Shown here: in pieces, positions 28,338 to 37,655 of the stretch
Layout: each line of letters starts with the position of its first letter
Position numbering within the stretch: the first letter of the stretch is position 1
Assembly: GCF_049801095.1 (NCBI RefSeq)
Contig: NZ_JBNAGH010000001.1
Location: 612,208 to 676,207, forward strand
DNA length: 64,000 bases
Direction of reading: 5' to 3'
Source: Dinoroseobacter sp. S76
GTDB taxonomy: Bacteria > Pseudomonadota > Alphaproteobacteria > Rhodobacterales > Rhodobacteraceae
Translations under genes and position numbers: made by a program
The notes under the pieces: generated by a model
Told to the model about the DNA's origin: nothing
Databases searched by the model: none
Seen by the model: only the letters and a program-made list of their open reading frames with translations

Positions 28338-29231
28338 ATGAGCCGCCGCTTTGGGGGCAAATACAGCCCCGGTGCCGAAGGCGAGACGCCGACCCAGGCC
28401 GCCCCAAACCCGCCCCGTCCGCGCATGCCCGCCCGCCGCAGCCGTGTCGGCGCCCGGGTCAATGCGATGTTTTTTCTGCCTCTTCCCATTGGCCTGACCG
28501 CCTTTGGGAAGGATGCCACGGGCCTCGTGCTGAGCCTTGTAGCGCTCGGGCTGATGCTGGGCGGTGCCTGGATGCTGCGCGAGGGTCTTCTGGCTGAAGA
28601 GGCCTATGACGCACGCAAGGTCGCCAAGCGGCCCGCCCTGCCCCGCAAGATCTTTGCCGCTGTCCTCGCTGGAGCGGGGCTTGCGCTCGTGGGGGTCTCG
28701 AACGGGATCGGCCTGCTGGGTGCGGGGCTTTTCGCGGTCGCTGGCGCGGGCCTGCATCTGGCGGCTTTTGGCCTCGATCCTCTGAGCGACAAGGGCGCCG
28801 AGGGCGTCGATGCCTTCCAGACCGAGCGCGTGGCCCGGGTCGTGGATGAGGCCGAGGCGTACCTCAAGGCGATGTCCGACGCGATCCTGCGGGCGGGCGA
28901 CCGGGCGCTGGAGCTGCAGGTCGACCAGTTTGCCGCCACTGCACGCGACATGTGCCGCCGTGTCGAGGAAGACCCGCGCGACTTGACGGCTGCACGCAAA
29001 TATCTCGGCGTCTATTTGATGGGAGCACGGGACGCGACGGTGAAGTTTGCCGATCTCTATGGCCGCAGCCGCGATGCGAGTGCGCGGCAGGATTATGTGG
29101 CGCTGCTCAAGGATCTGGAGGCCAATTTCGCCTCCAAGACCGACGCGCTGCTCCTCGAAGACCGCACCGATCTCGATGTCGAGATCGAAGTGCTGCGCGA
29201 CCGGTTGGCGCGCGAAGGCGTTCGCGCCTGA
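28338..29231 (+). CDS. xpaC: XpaC-like protein (5-bromo-4-chloroindolyl phosphate hydrolysis protein family)
   Basis: Two N-terminal TM helices plus a helical cytoplasmic domain; it immediately precedes telA, as in Bacillus xpaC-yaaN. Start is placed at ATG 28338. Confidence 0.7.
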   Translation: MSRRFGGKYSPGAEGETPTQAAPNPPRPRMPARRSRVGARVNAMFFLPLPIGLTAFGKDATGLVLSLVALGLMLGGAWMLREGLLAEEAYDARKVAKRPALPRKIFAAVLAGAGLALVGVSNGIGLLGAGLFAVAGAGLHLAAFGLDPLSDKGAEGVDAFQTERVARVVDEAEAYLKAMSDAILRAGDRALELQVDQFAATARDMCRRVEEDPRDLTAARKYLGVYLMGARDATVKFADLYGRSRDASARQDYVALLKDLEANFASKTDALLLEDRTDLDVEIEVLRDRLAREGVRA

Positions 29232-29266
29232 ACCCGCAACACCAGAAGGATTGAAGGAACAAGCCC

Positions 29267-30460
29267 ATGTCAGACACCGTTCGCGCCAAGGCTGAAGCCG
29301 CGCTGGCAGAGGTCACCGAAGTGACCGAAACCCTGCTGCCGACGCCCAAGACCGCCCTCGTCCCTCTGGCCGAGGCGGAGGCCCCCGTGGCCGAGAACAT
29401 CCGGCGCGCCATGGATGAGATCGACATGGGCGACACCCAATCCATTGTCCGCTTCGGTTCGGGCGCACAGGCGGAGCTGCAGGAAATCAGCCAGTCCATG
29501 CTCGACGGGGTGCGCAACAAGGATGTGGGCCCGGCGGGCGACAGCCTGCGCAACATCGTCACCACGATCCGCGGCTTCTCGATCTCGGAGCTCGACGTCC
29601 GGCGCGAGCGCAGCTGGTGGGAAAGGCTCACGGGCAAGATGGCCCCCATGGCCAAGTTCGCCGCCCGCTATGAGGAAGTGCAGGGTCAGATCGACAAGAT
29701 CACCGATGACCTGCTGAACCATGAGCACGTGCTGCTCAAGGACATCAAGTCGCTCGACAAGCTTTACGGCAAGACGCTGGATTTCTACGACGAGCTGGCC
29801 GTTTACATCGCCGCCGGTGAAGAGAAGATCGCCCAGCTCGACGCCACGACCATCCCCGAGAAGGTCGCCGAGGTCGATGCCGCCCCCGAAGAGCAGCAGG
29901 TAATGAAGGCGCAGGAGCTGCGCGATCTGCGCGCAGCCCGGGACGATCTGGAACGCCGGGTCCATGACCTGAAACTGACGCGCCAGGTGACCATGCAATC
30001 CCTGCCCTCGATCCGGCTGGTGCAGGAGAACGACAAGTCCCTGGTCACCAAGATCAACTCGACCCTGGTGAACACCGTGCCCCTCTGGGAGACCCAGCTC
30101 GCCCAGGCCGTGACGATCCAGCGCTCCCGCGAGGCGGCAGAAGCCGTGCGCGGCGCCAATGATCTGACCAACGAGCTGCTGACGGCCAATGCGGATAATC
30201 TTCGTCAGGCCAACCAGATCGTGCGCGAGGAGATGGAGCGCGGCGTCTTCGACATCGAAGCCGTCAAGCAGGCCAATGCCACCCTGATCGCGACGATCGA
30301 GGACAGCCTGCGCATCGCAGATGAGGGCAAGGCCAAGCGGGCCGCCGCCGAAGAGGATCTCGAGAAAATGGAATCCGAGCTGCGCGACACGCTGGCCGCC
30401 GCCAGCTCCCGCGGGGATGGCACGGGCTACAATGCCGGGAGCGCTGTGCCGAACGCATGA
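29267..30460 (+). CDS. telA: TelA-like toxic anion resistance protein
   Basis: About 400 aa, all-helical coiled-coil TelA/KlaA family. Confidence 0.85.
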   Translation: MSDTVRAKAEAALAEVTEVTETLLPTPKTALVPLAEAEAPVAENIRRAMDEIDMGDTQSIVRFGSGAQAELQEISQSMLDGVRNKDVGPAGDSLRNIVTTIRGFSISELDVRRERSWWERLTGKMAPMAKFAARYEEVQGQIDKITDDLLNHEHVLLKDIKSLDKLYGKTLDFYDELAVYIAAGEEKIAQLDATTIPEKVAEVDAAPEEQQVMKAQELRDLRAARDDLERRVHDLKLTRQVTMQSLPSIRLVQENDKSLVTKINSTLVNTVPLWETQLAQAVTIQRSREAAEAVRGANDLTNELLTANADNLRQANQIVREEMERGVFDIEAVKQANATLIATIEDSLRIADEGKAKRAAAEEDLEKMESELRDTLAAASSRGDGTGYNAGSAVPNA

Positions 30461-31413
30461 CGAAGCGGGTCATCAGACGGGGGCGCGCCACGGGAGCGCT
30501 GGCCGGGCTTGCGCTTGGCCTCTTGGGCTGTGTGCCGCTGGACGTGGCCGATCCCGGGGCGACCTCACCCCAGCCCACGCCGCGTTCCGCCGTGCCGGAG
30601 CCGTCCCAGGCCTCTCGCGATCTGATGACCTTCTATGCCCGTTATGAGCAACGGCAGCTCACCTCGGGTTTGTTGCGAACCGATGGCGGCGGGGTGGACA
30701 CGCCCTATACCGCCCGGCAACTGGCCGAGAATTTCGAGCGGATCGCGCTCTTTGACGAATACACCCTGCGGGGCGGACGCTTCGTGGCCCAGCAGACCGA
30801 GAGCCGTTTGCGCCGCTGGAAAGGGCCAGTGCGGATCCGGCCCGCTTTTGGCCGCTCGGTCTCGGAAGATCAGAAGACCCGCGACCGGGCCGAGCTGGAA
30901 AGCTATGTGGCGCGGCTCGCGCGGGTGACCGGGACGGATATCCGCACCACGGTCCGCGATGCGAATTACCACGTGCTTTTTCTGAACACTGATGAGCTGC
31001 GCGCAGCGGGGCCGATCCTGCGGGATCTCGTCCCGGGGATCGACGATGTCATCGTGCGCGACATCACCGAGATGGATCGGCTGACCTTCTGTTCGGTCTA
31101 TGCGATCTCGGGCTCCGAGACACCGAATGACTACGAGACCGCCGTGGCGATCATCCGGGCCGAGCATCCCGACCTTCTGCGCCGGGGCTGCATCCATGAG
31201 GAAATCGCCCAGGGCCTCGGCCTTGCCAATGACAGCCGCGACGCGCGGCCCTCGATCTTCAACGATGATGACGAATTCGCCCTGCTCACCAGCCATGACG
31301 AGCAGCTTCTGCGCATCCTCTATGACGCGCGCCTCACCCCCGGCCTCACCCCGGACGAAGCGCGCCCCCTTGTCCAACAAATCGCCGCCGAACGCATGGG
31401 CGGCGGCAGCTGA
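30457..31413 (+). CDS. Conserved lipoprotein (possibly DUF2927-type)
   Basis: Lipobox 'LGLLGC'; its ATG overlaps the telA TGA (ATGA). Confidence 0.55.
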   Translation: MTKRVIRRGRATGALAGLALGLLGCVPLDVADPGATSPQPTPRSAVPEPSQASRDLMTFYARYEQRQLTSGLLRTDGGGVDTPYTARQLAENFERIALFDEYTLRGGRFVAQQTESRLRRWKGPVRIRPAFGRSVSEDQKTRDRAELESYVARLARVTGTDIRTTVRDANYHVLFLNTDELRAAGPILRDLVPGIDDVIVRDITEMDRLTFCSVYAISGSETPNDYETAVAIIRAEHPDLLRRGCIHEEIAQGLGLANDSRDARPSIFNDDDEFALLTSHDEQLLRILYDARLTPGLTPDEARPLVQQIAAERMGGGS

Positions 31414-31436
31414 CGCCTGCCGAAAGGACCGATTGC

Positions 31437-32564
31437 ATGAGTATCCTCGACTTTCTCTCCGGCCAGTTCATCGATGTCATCCATTGGGTGGATGATCGCC
31501 GGGACACCATGGTCTCGCGGTTCGAGCGGCAGGGGCATGAGATTAAGTACGGCGCCAAGCTGACCGTGCGCGAGGGCCAGGCGGCGGTCTTTGTCCATGA
31601 GGGGCAGCTGGCGGATGTGTTCACTCCGGGGCTCTATTTCCTCGAGACGAACAACATGCCGGTGATGACCTCGCTGCAGCATTGGGATCACGGCTTCAAG
31701 AGCCCGTTCAAATCCGAGATTTACTTCGTCAACACGACCCGGTTCAACGACCTGAAATGGGGCACCAAGAACCCGATCATGCTGCGCGATCCGGAGTTTG
31801 GGCCGACGCGGATCCGGGCCTTTGGCACCTATTCCGTGCGGGTGACGGATCCGGCGCGGTTCCTGTCCGAGATTGTCGGGACCGATGGTGAGTTCACCAT
31901 GGACGAGATCAGCTTTCAGATCCGCAATATCATCGTGCAGGAGTTCAGCCGCGTGATCGCAGGCTCCGGCATTCCTGTGCTGGACATGGCGGCCAACACG
32001 GCCGAGCTGGGCAAGGGGATTGCCACAGCGATCTCGGGCACGATTGCCGAGTACGGGCTGACCCTGCCGGAGCTCTACATCGAGAATATCTCGCTGCCCC
32101 CGGCGGTGGAGGCGGCGCTCGACAAGCGCACTTCCATGGGGCTGGTGGGCGATCTGGGCAAGTTCACCCAGTATTCCGCTGCCGAGGCGATGACCGCCGC
32201 TGCCCAGGCCGGGGGCGATAGCGGCATGGGCGCCGGGCTTGGCGCGGGCATGGGGATGGCCATGGGCGCGCAGATGGCCCAGGCTGCTCAGCCCGGTCCC
32301 TGGGGTCCACGCCCGGTGGCCCAAGCCGCCCCGGTGCCGCCGCCCCCGCCGGTGGAGCATGTCTGGCACATCGCCGAGAATGGTCAGACCAAGGGGCCGT
32401 TCTCCAAGGCCGCTCTGGGCCGGATGGCCACCGACGGCGTTCTGACCCGCGAGACCTATGTCTGGACCCCCGGGCAGGATGGCTGGATGCGGGCCGAGGA
32501 TGTGACGGAGCTGGCGCAGCTCTTCACGATCCTGCCGCCGCCGCCCCCGCCGCCCATGGGCTAA
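31437..32564 (+). CDS. SPFH/band-7 protein of the YdjI type with poly-Pro linkers and C-terminal GYF-like (DUF4339) domain
   Basis: N-terminal SPFH (pfam13421-like, 'virion core protein-like'). C-terminal 'PPPPPVEHVWHIAENGQTKGPFS…YVWTPGQDGWMRAEDV…PPPPPPPMG'. Confidence 0.75.
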   Translation: MSILDFLSGQFIDVIHWVDDRRDTMVSRFERQGHEIKYGAKLTVREGQAAVFVHEGQLADVFTPGLYFLETNNMPVMTSLQHWDHGFKSPFKSEIYFVNTTRFNDLKWGTKNPIMLRDPEFGPTRIRAFGTYSVRVTDPARFLSEIVGTDGEFTMDEISFQIRNIIVQEFSRVIAGSGIPVLDMAANTAELGKGIATAISGTIAEYGLTLPELYIENISLPPAVEAALDKRTSMGLVGDLGKFTQYSAAEAMTAAAQAGGDSGMGAGLGAGMGMAMGAQMAQAAQPGPWGPRPVAQAAPVPPPPPVEHVWHIAENGQTKGPFSKAALGRMATDGVLTRETYVWTPGQDGWMRAEDVTELAQLFTILPPPPPPPMG

Positions 32565-32573
32565 GCCAATCCG

Positions 32574-33683
32574 ATGACCGAGACGCCCCCTCCCGCCCCC
32601 GCGCTGGAAGAGCACCGCTTTCCCTGCAACAATTGCGGCGCGGATTTTCGCTTTGATCCGGCGGGAAATCGGCTGATCTGCGATCATTGCGGCACAGAGG
32701 AGGAGATCGAGGGGCTCGCCCCGCCACCCTCAGGCATCACCGAGCAGGATTACCGCGCCGCGCTGAGCCGTCCGGAGACGCTGGACCTCGAAGAGACCCG
32801 GGTGCTGAATTGCCCGAACTGCGCGGCCCAGATCGAGTTCTCGCCGGAGCTGCACGCTGCCGAATGCCCCTATTGCGCGACGCCCGTGGTCACCGATACC
32901 GGGCGGCACCGCCATATCAAGCCCCAGGCCATTGCGCCCTTCGCGCTGGATGAGGCGACGGCCCATGAGGCGATGACCACCTGGCTCGGGCGGCTCTGGT
33001 TCGCGCCATCGGGCCTGTCGGACTATGCCCGCAAGGGGCGCAAGATGACCGGGGTCTATGCGCCCTTCTGGACCTATGATGCGGCGACGCGCAGCCAGTA
33101 TTCCGGCGAGCGCGGGACGGTTTACTATACCACGCGGACGGTGATGCGGGACGGCAAGCCCACCACGGTTCGGGTGCAAAAGGTGCGCTGGCGGCGGGTC
33201 ACGGGACGCGTGGCGCGGGCGTTTGATGACCTGCTGGTGCTGGCGGCCAAATCCTTGCCGAAGCGCTTCACGGATCAGCTGCCACCCTGGCCGCTCGCCG
33301 ATCTAGTGCCTTACACGCCCGAGCTTCTGGCCGGGTTCCGGGCCGAGGGCTATACTATCGCGCTCGAGGACGGGATGACCGATGCCCGCGCGCAGATGGA
33401 CGCGATGATCGCCCGGGATGTGCGCTTTGACATTGGCGGCGACCGGCAACGGATCCACAGTATCCAGACTCAAGTCTCGGATGTGACCTTCAAGCATATC
33501 CTGCTGCCGATCTGGGTCGCGGCCTACAAGTATAACGGCAAGAGCTATCGCTTCGTCGTCAATGGCCAGACTGGCAAGGTCGCGGGCGAGCGCCCCTATT
33601 CCGCCTGGAAGATCGCGGCGGCGGTGCTGGTTGGGGCGATTGTGGCCGGGGCCATCGGCTATCTGGGCGCGACCCAGGGCTGA
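32574..33683 (+). CDS. Double zinc-ribbon protein with C-terminal TM anchor (YdjG-like)
   Basis: CNNCG…CDHCG and CPNCA…CPYCA ribbons; C-terminal 'WKIAAAVLVGAIVAGAIGYLG' helix; 9 nt after the SPFH gene. Confidence 0.6.
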   Translation: MTETPPPAPALEEHRFPCNNCGADFRFDPAGNRLICDHCGTEEEIEGLAPPPSGITEQDYRAALSRPETLDLEETRVLNCPNCAAQIEFSPELHAAECPYCATPVVTDTGRHRHIKPQAIAPFALDEATAHEAMTTWLGRLWFAPSGLSDYARKGRKMTGVYAPFWTYDAATRSQYSGERGTVYYTTRTVMRDGKPTTVRVQKVRWRRVTGRVARAFDDLLVLAAKSLPKRFTDQLPPWPLADLVPYTPELLAGFRAEGYTIALEDGMTDARAQMDAMIARDVRFDIGGDRQRIHSIQTQVSDVTFKHILLPIWVAAYKYNGKSYRFVVNGQTGKVAGERPYSAWKIAAAVLVGAIVAGAIGYLGATQG

Positions 33684-33776
33684 CAGGTCCGAATTTCGCG
33701 CCCCGCCGGCAATGTTACCGCTAGCATTTTGGATCAATTTGCGTAGTGTCCGCCCCGAAGACGGAGGGAGAGCGAC

Positions 33777-34700
33777 ATGATCCTATGCGCGGGCGAGGCC
33801 CTGATCGACATGCTGCCGCGGGAAACCAGCGGTGGGGAGGCGTGCTTTGCCCCCGTGGCGGGCGGCTCGGTGTTCAACACCGCCATTGCCCTCGGGCGGC
33901 TCAGCGCGGATGTGGGGCTTGTGACGGGCCTGTCGCGGGACCTCTTTGGCGAGGTCCTGTCCAATGCGCTGGCAGCCTCAGACGTGGACAGCCAGCTCGC
34001 GATCATGTCGGATCGCCCGACGACCCTGGCCTTCGTGACCCTCACCGACGGGCACGCGAAATACGCCTTCTACGATGAAAACACGGCTGGCCGCCTGCTG
34101 GAGCCGTCGGACATGCCCGATCCGGGACCCGAGGTGGGCACCCTGTTTTTTGGCGGCATCAGCCTCGCGGTGGAGCCATGTGCCGCGGCCTATGAAGCGC
34201 TCTGCCTCAAGGCCGCAGAGGGTCGCGTGGTGATGCTCGACCCGAATATCCGCCCGGGCTTCATTCAGGATGAGGCGGCCTTCCGCGCACGGCTCGACCG
34301 GATGCTTGCGGTGGCCGATATCGTGAAGGTCTCGGATGAGGATCTGGCCTGGATTGTTGGCGACGGCCCTCTGGACGAGGCTGCCACTGCCCTGCGTGCG
34401 CGCGGCCCATCGATCATCTGCGTCACACGCGGTGCCGAAGGGGTCGAGGCCCATCGCGCGAGCGGCGTGACCCGGGTCGCGGCGAAGGCCGTATCTGTGG
34501 TCGATACGGTGGGCGCGGGCGACACGTTCAACGCGGGGTTCCTTGCGGGGCTCTCCGAGGCGGGCGCGCTCTCGCCCGAGGGCCTCGCCGCGCTTTCCGA
34601 AGACACGCTCAGCGCAGCTCTGAGCCTCGGGGCCCGGGCAGCGGCGATCACCGTCAGCCGCGCAGGTGCCAACCCGCCCTGGCGCGATGAGCTGACATGA
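33777..34700 (+). CDS. PfkB-family carbohydrate kinase (fructokinase-like)
   Basis: '[13 protein letters not shown]' ribokinase motif. Confidence 0.8.
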   Translation: MILCAGEALIDMLPRETSGGEACFAPVAGGSVFNTAIALGRLSADVGLVTGLSRDLFGEVLSNALAASDVDSQLAIMSDRPTTLAFVTLTDGHAKYAFYDENTAGRLLEPSDMPDPGPEVGTLFFGGISLAVEPCAAAYEALCLKAAEGRVVMLDPNIRPGFIQDEAAFRARLDRMLAVADIVKVSDEDLAWIVGDGPLDEAATALRARGPSIICVTRGAEGVEAHRASGVTRVAAKAVSVVDTVGAGDTFNAGFLAGLSEAGALSPEGLAALSEDTLSAALSLGARAAAITVSRAGANPPWRDELT

Positions 34701-35134
34701 AGGCGCTGATCCAGCGGGTCTCGGAAGCCTCGGTCACGGTGGACGGCGCGGTGATCGGGCGATGCGGGCCCGGCCTGCTGATCCTTGTCTGCGGGATGCC
34801 CGAGGACACGCCGGAGAGCGTCGCGGCCCTGGCCTCCAAGATCTCGAAACTGCGGATCTTTCGGGATGAAGGTGGACGCATGAACCGCTCGGTTCTCGAC
34901 ACCGGGGGCAGTGCGCTGGTGGTGAGCCAGTTCACTCTGGCCGCCGATACCTCGCGCGGGAACCGCCCGGGCTTTTCCGGGGCAGCCGCCCCCGAACAGG
35001 GCGAAGCGCTCTATCTCGGATTTGCCGAGGCCCTGCGCGACACCGGCGTGGCGGTGGAGACCGGGCAGTTCGGCGCGGATATGAAGGTCGCGCTCCTCAA
35101 TGACGGCCCGGTCACGATCTGGATGGAGGGTTAG
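34697..35134 (+). CDS. dtd: D-aminoacyl-tRNA deacylase
   Basis: 'SQFTL' motif, 145 aa; ATGA overlap with pfkB. Confidence 0.9.
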   Translation: MKALIQRVSEASVTVDGAVIGRCGPGLLILVCGMPEDTPESVAALASKISKLRIFRDEGGRMNRSVLDTGGSALVVSQFTLAADTSRGNRPGFSGAAAPEQGEALYLGFAEALRDTGVAVETGQFGADMKVALLNDGPVTIWMEG

Positions 35135-35137
35135 GGG

Positions 35138-35578
35138 CTAGAAGGCCGCCGCCTCCTCCGCGATCTCGGTCAGCAGGGTCTGAACCGCCTGCATCGGGCC
35201 GTCCGGATAGCTGCGATGGCCGATCACCACCTCGCCCCCCCGATCCGCCACGAAGACGCCGTAGGGGCAATGGCCGATATTCATCGGATCCGCCTCCATC
35301 ACCTCGCGCGAGATCTTGGCCGAGCAGAAAAGAAACACCTGCGCCTGATCAAACAGCACCACATCGCTGCCCACATCCGTCCCGGTGCGGGCGAGCATCT
35401 CGCCCACATGGCTCACATAGTCGATCACCAGCCCCCGATCGAGGATCGCGCTTTCGATGCCGAAGAGCGCATCCTCATAGTCGCCCTCCGTGGGATAGGT
35501 GAGGATATCGTCGCCCGCCTGGGCGGCAGAGGCCATGGCGAGAGAGCCCGCCAAAAGGAGAGTGCGGAACGCGGTCAT
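35138..35578 (-). CDS. DUF302 domain protein with signal peptide
   Basis: 'AFRTLLLAGSLAMASAAQA' signal peptide; DUF302 proteins are frequent in sox loci. Confidence 0.65.
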   Translation of the reverse strand: MTAFRTLLLAGSLAMASAAQAGDDILTYPTEGDYEDALFGIESAILDRGLVIDYVSHVGEMLARTGTDVGSDVVLFDQAQVFLFCSAKISREVMEADPMNIGHCPYGVFVADRGGEVVIGHRSYPDGPMQAVQTLLTEIAEEAAAF

Positions 35579-35640
35579 GGGACCACCTTTCAGGGTCTAG
35601 GGGTGCGGCGGCGCCGAAGGGGCCCCGCCGCGGGTTTCGA

Positions 35641-36909
35641 TCAGCCGAACATGTCGGTCGTGATGCCCGCATACCAGCCGAGGCTTTCCTCGTAGGTGGC
35701 CTTGCGCAGGGCGGCATCCTCGCCCGTGTTCGAGATGAAGCCGGTGGTCTTGGCGATCTTCTCTTCCGTGGCCTCATAGGAGGCGCCGACCTTCACACCG
35801 TCTTCGGTCGCGATCAGCGACCAGCAGGTGTTGGAGAATTTCGCCGGGAAGACACGGCTATCGGTGAGCGCGCCGCGCACGGCCATGGCGGCCACCTTGG
35901 CCTGGCTGTTGGCGGAATAGCCCGATTTCGGCATATCGCCCTGCTGGCTGGCATCGCCGAGCACGTGGATATTCTCATCCTCTCTGCTCTGCATGGTGGC
36001 CGGCACGACCGGCGCCCAGCCTGCCTCGTTGGTGAGGCTCGCCATATCGGCGATGCGCCCCGCCTTCTGGCCAGGGATCACGTTGCAGACATCGACCTTC
36101 TCGACCTCGCCGTCGATCACCACCTCCATCGCGTCCGGGCGCACCTCGACACTGGCGCCGCCGAAATCCGGACCGATCCGGTCGACCATCCCCGCATAGT
36201 GGTTCTGCCAGCCTTCCTCGAAGAGACCCTGTTTCGAGAACTTCTCCTTCGGGTCCACAATCAGGATCTTGGCCGTCGGGTTCATCTGGCTGAGCGTATG
36301 GGCAACCATCGAGATCCGCTCATAGGGCCCGGGCGGGCAGCGATAGGGGTTGGGCGGAGCGACCATGCAATAGGTCCCGCCCTCGGGCATGGCCATGATC
36401 TGCGCCTTCAGGAGCTGCGCCTGAGTACCGCCCTTATAGGCGTGGGGCATGGCGTCCTGCGCGCTGAGATCCCAACCGGGCACGGAGCCGTCCTTGAAAT
36501 CGATCCCCGGGCTGAGGATCAGCCGGTCATAGGGCAGCATCGCGCCGCCCGCGAGCGCCACCATCTTGGCATCGCGATCCACGCCCACGGCCCAGTCATG
36601 GACCACGTTGATCCCGTAATCCGAGGCCAGCGTGCCATAGGAATGGCCGAGATCATCATATTCCTGGAACCCGCCGATGTAGAGGTTCGAGAAGAAGCAG
36701 GTGTAGTAGGTGCGTGTCGGCTCCACGAGGGTCACATCGATCGCGCCCTTGCTGTCCTTGGCAATATAACGGGCCGCGGTCGCGCCCCCGGCGCCGCCGC
36801 CCACCACGACCACCCGTGGTTTGCCTTGCGCACGCACCATGGGCGCTGCGAGGCTTGCGGACACCGCCGCACTGGTCGCAATGAAATTCCGTCTTGAAAT
36901 GGTCGTCAT
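35641..36909 (-). CDS. soxF: Sulfide dehydrogenase flavoprotein subunit (flavocytochrome c, SoxF/FccB)
   Basis: Tat signal 'SRRNFIATS', FAD motif 'VVVVGGGAGG'. Start is placed at ATG 36909 with a GGGGAGGAGA Shine-Dalgarno. Confidence 0.85.
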   Translation of the reverse strand: MTTISRRNFIATSAAVSASLAAPMVRAQGKPRVVVVGGGAGGATAARYIAKDSKGAIDVTLVEPTRTYYTCFFSNLYIGGFQEYDDLGHSYGTLASDYGINVVHDWAVGVDRDAKMVALAGGAMLPYDRLILSPGIDFKDGSVPGWDLSAQDAMPHAYKGGTQAQLLKAQIMAMPEGGTYCMVAPPNPYRCPPGPYERISMVAHTLSQMNPTAKILIVDPKEKFSKQGLFEEGWQNHYAGMVDRIGPDFGGASVEVRPDAMEVVIDGEVEKVDVCNVIPGQKAGRIADMASLTNEAGWAPVVPATMQSREDENIHVLGDASQQGDMPKSGYSANSQAKVAAMAVRGALTDSRVFPAKFSNTCWSLIATEDGVKVGASYEATEEKIAKTTGFISNTGEDAALRKATYEESLGWYAGITTDMFG

Positions 36910-36943
36910 GGTCTCTCCTCCCCGATCAACCTGAGCCCCGGGA

Positions 36944-37651
36944 CTACCCGGGATTTTCAAAAAACGCGGCCAGGGCGGCGATTTCCTCATCGCTGAGACG
37001 CCCGGCGATCATCTGCATGACCGGATGCGGCCGCAGTTTGGTTTTGTATGCGTGCAATGCGAGCACAAAATCCTCTGTCGGCCAATAGGCAATAGAGGGA
37101 ATGCCTTGATCTGACCCATCAATCTGGTGGCAGGAGGTGCATTCCGAGGCCAGGTAGGCCCCGTATTCCGCATCCCCCTGCAGTGCCAGGATATCCGGCG
37201 GCAGATCAGGCACCGAGGCCGTCGCCGTCGGCTCCGCCTCCGGGATGTTCGCCGGGCTCACCGTGAAGTCGCGCATATAGGCCAGCACATCGGCCCTGTC
37301 CTGGGGGTCTTTCAGCCCGCGAAAGCTCATCCGCGTGCCCGAGACCAGCGCCCGGGGGTTGGCGAGATAGGCATCCAGGGTCCGCAGATCCCAGATCAGC
37401 CCGTCATTGCCCGCGCGCACCATGGATTTCGAATAGGGAAACCCGTCCAGCGCCGCCGCATCGCGCCCGAAGATCTCGTTCAGATGGGGGCCGATCCGGC
37501 TCGTCGCCTCCGGCCCGATCTGATGGCAGCCCGTGCATTGCTTGAAGATCCGGGCACCACGCTCCGGATCGCCGATTGCATCCGCAGCAGCGGCGCCGGT
37601 CCATCCGACCAGCGCCGCCGCCCAGAGCAGGGGTGTCAGCTTCCCCTGCAT
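36944..37651 (-). CDS. soxE: Diheme cytochrome c SoxE
   Basis: Two CxxCH sites (CTGCH, CTSCH). Start is placed at ATG 37651. Confidence 0.75.
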   Translation of the reverse strand: MQGKLTPLLWAAALVGWTGAAAADAIGDPERGARIFKQCTGCHQIGPEATSRIGPHLNEIFGRDAAALDGFPYSKSMVRAGNDGLIWDLRTLDAYLANPRALVSGTRMSFRGLKDPQDRADVLAYMRDFTVSPANIPEAEPTATASVPDLPPDILALQGDAEYGAYLASECTSCHQIDGSDQGIPSIAYWPTEDFVLALHAYKTKLRPHPVMQMIAGRLSDEEIAALAAFFENPG

Positions 37652-37655
37652 CCGA

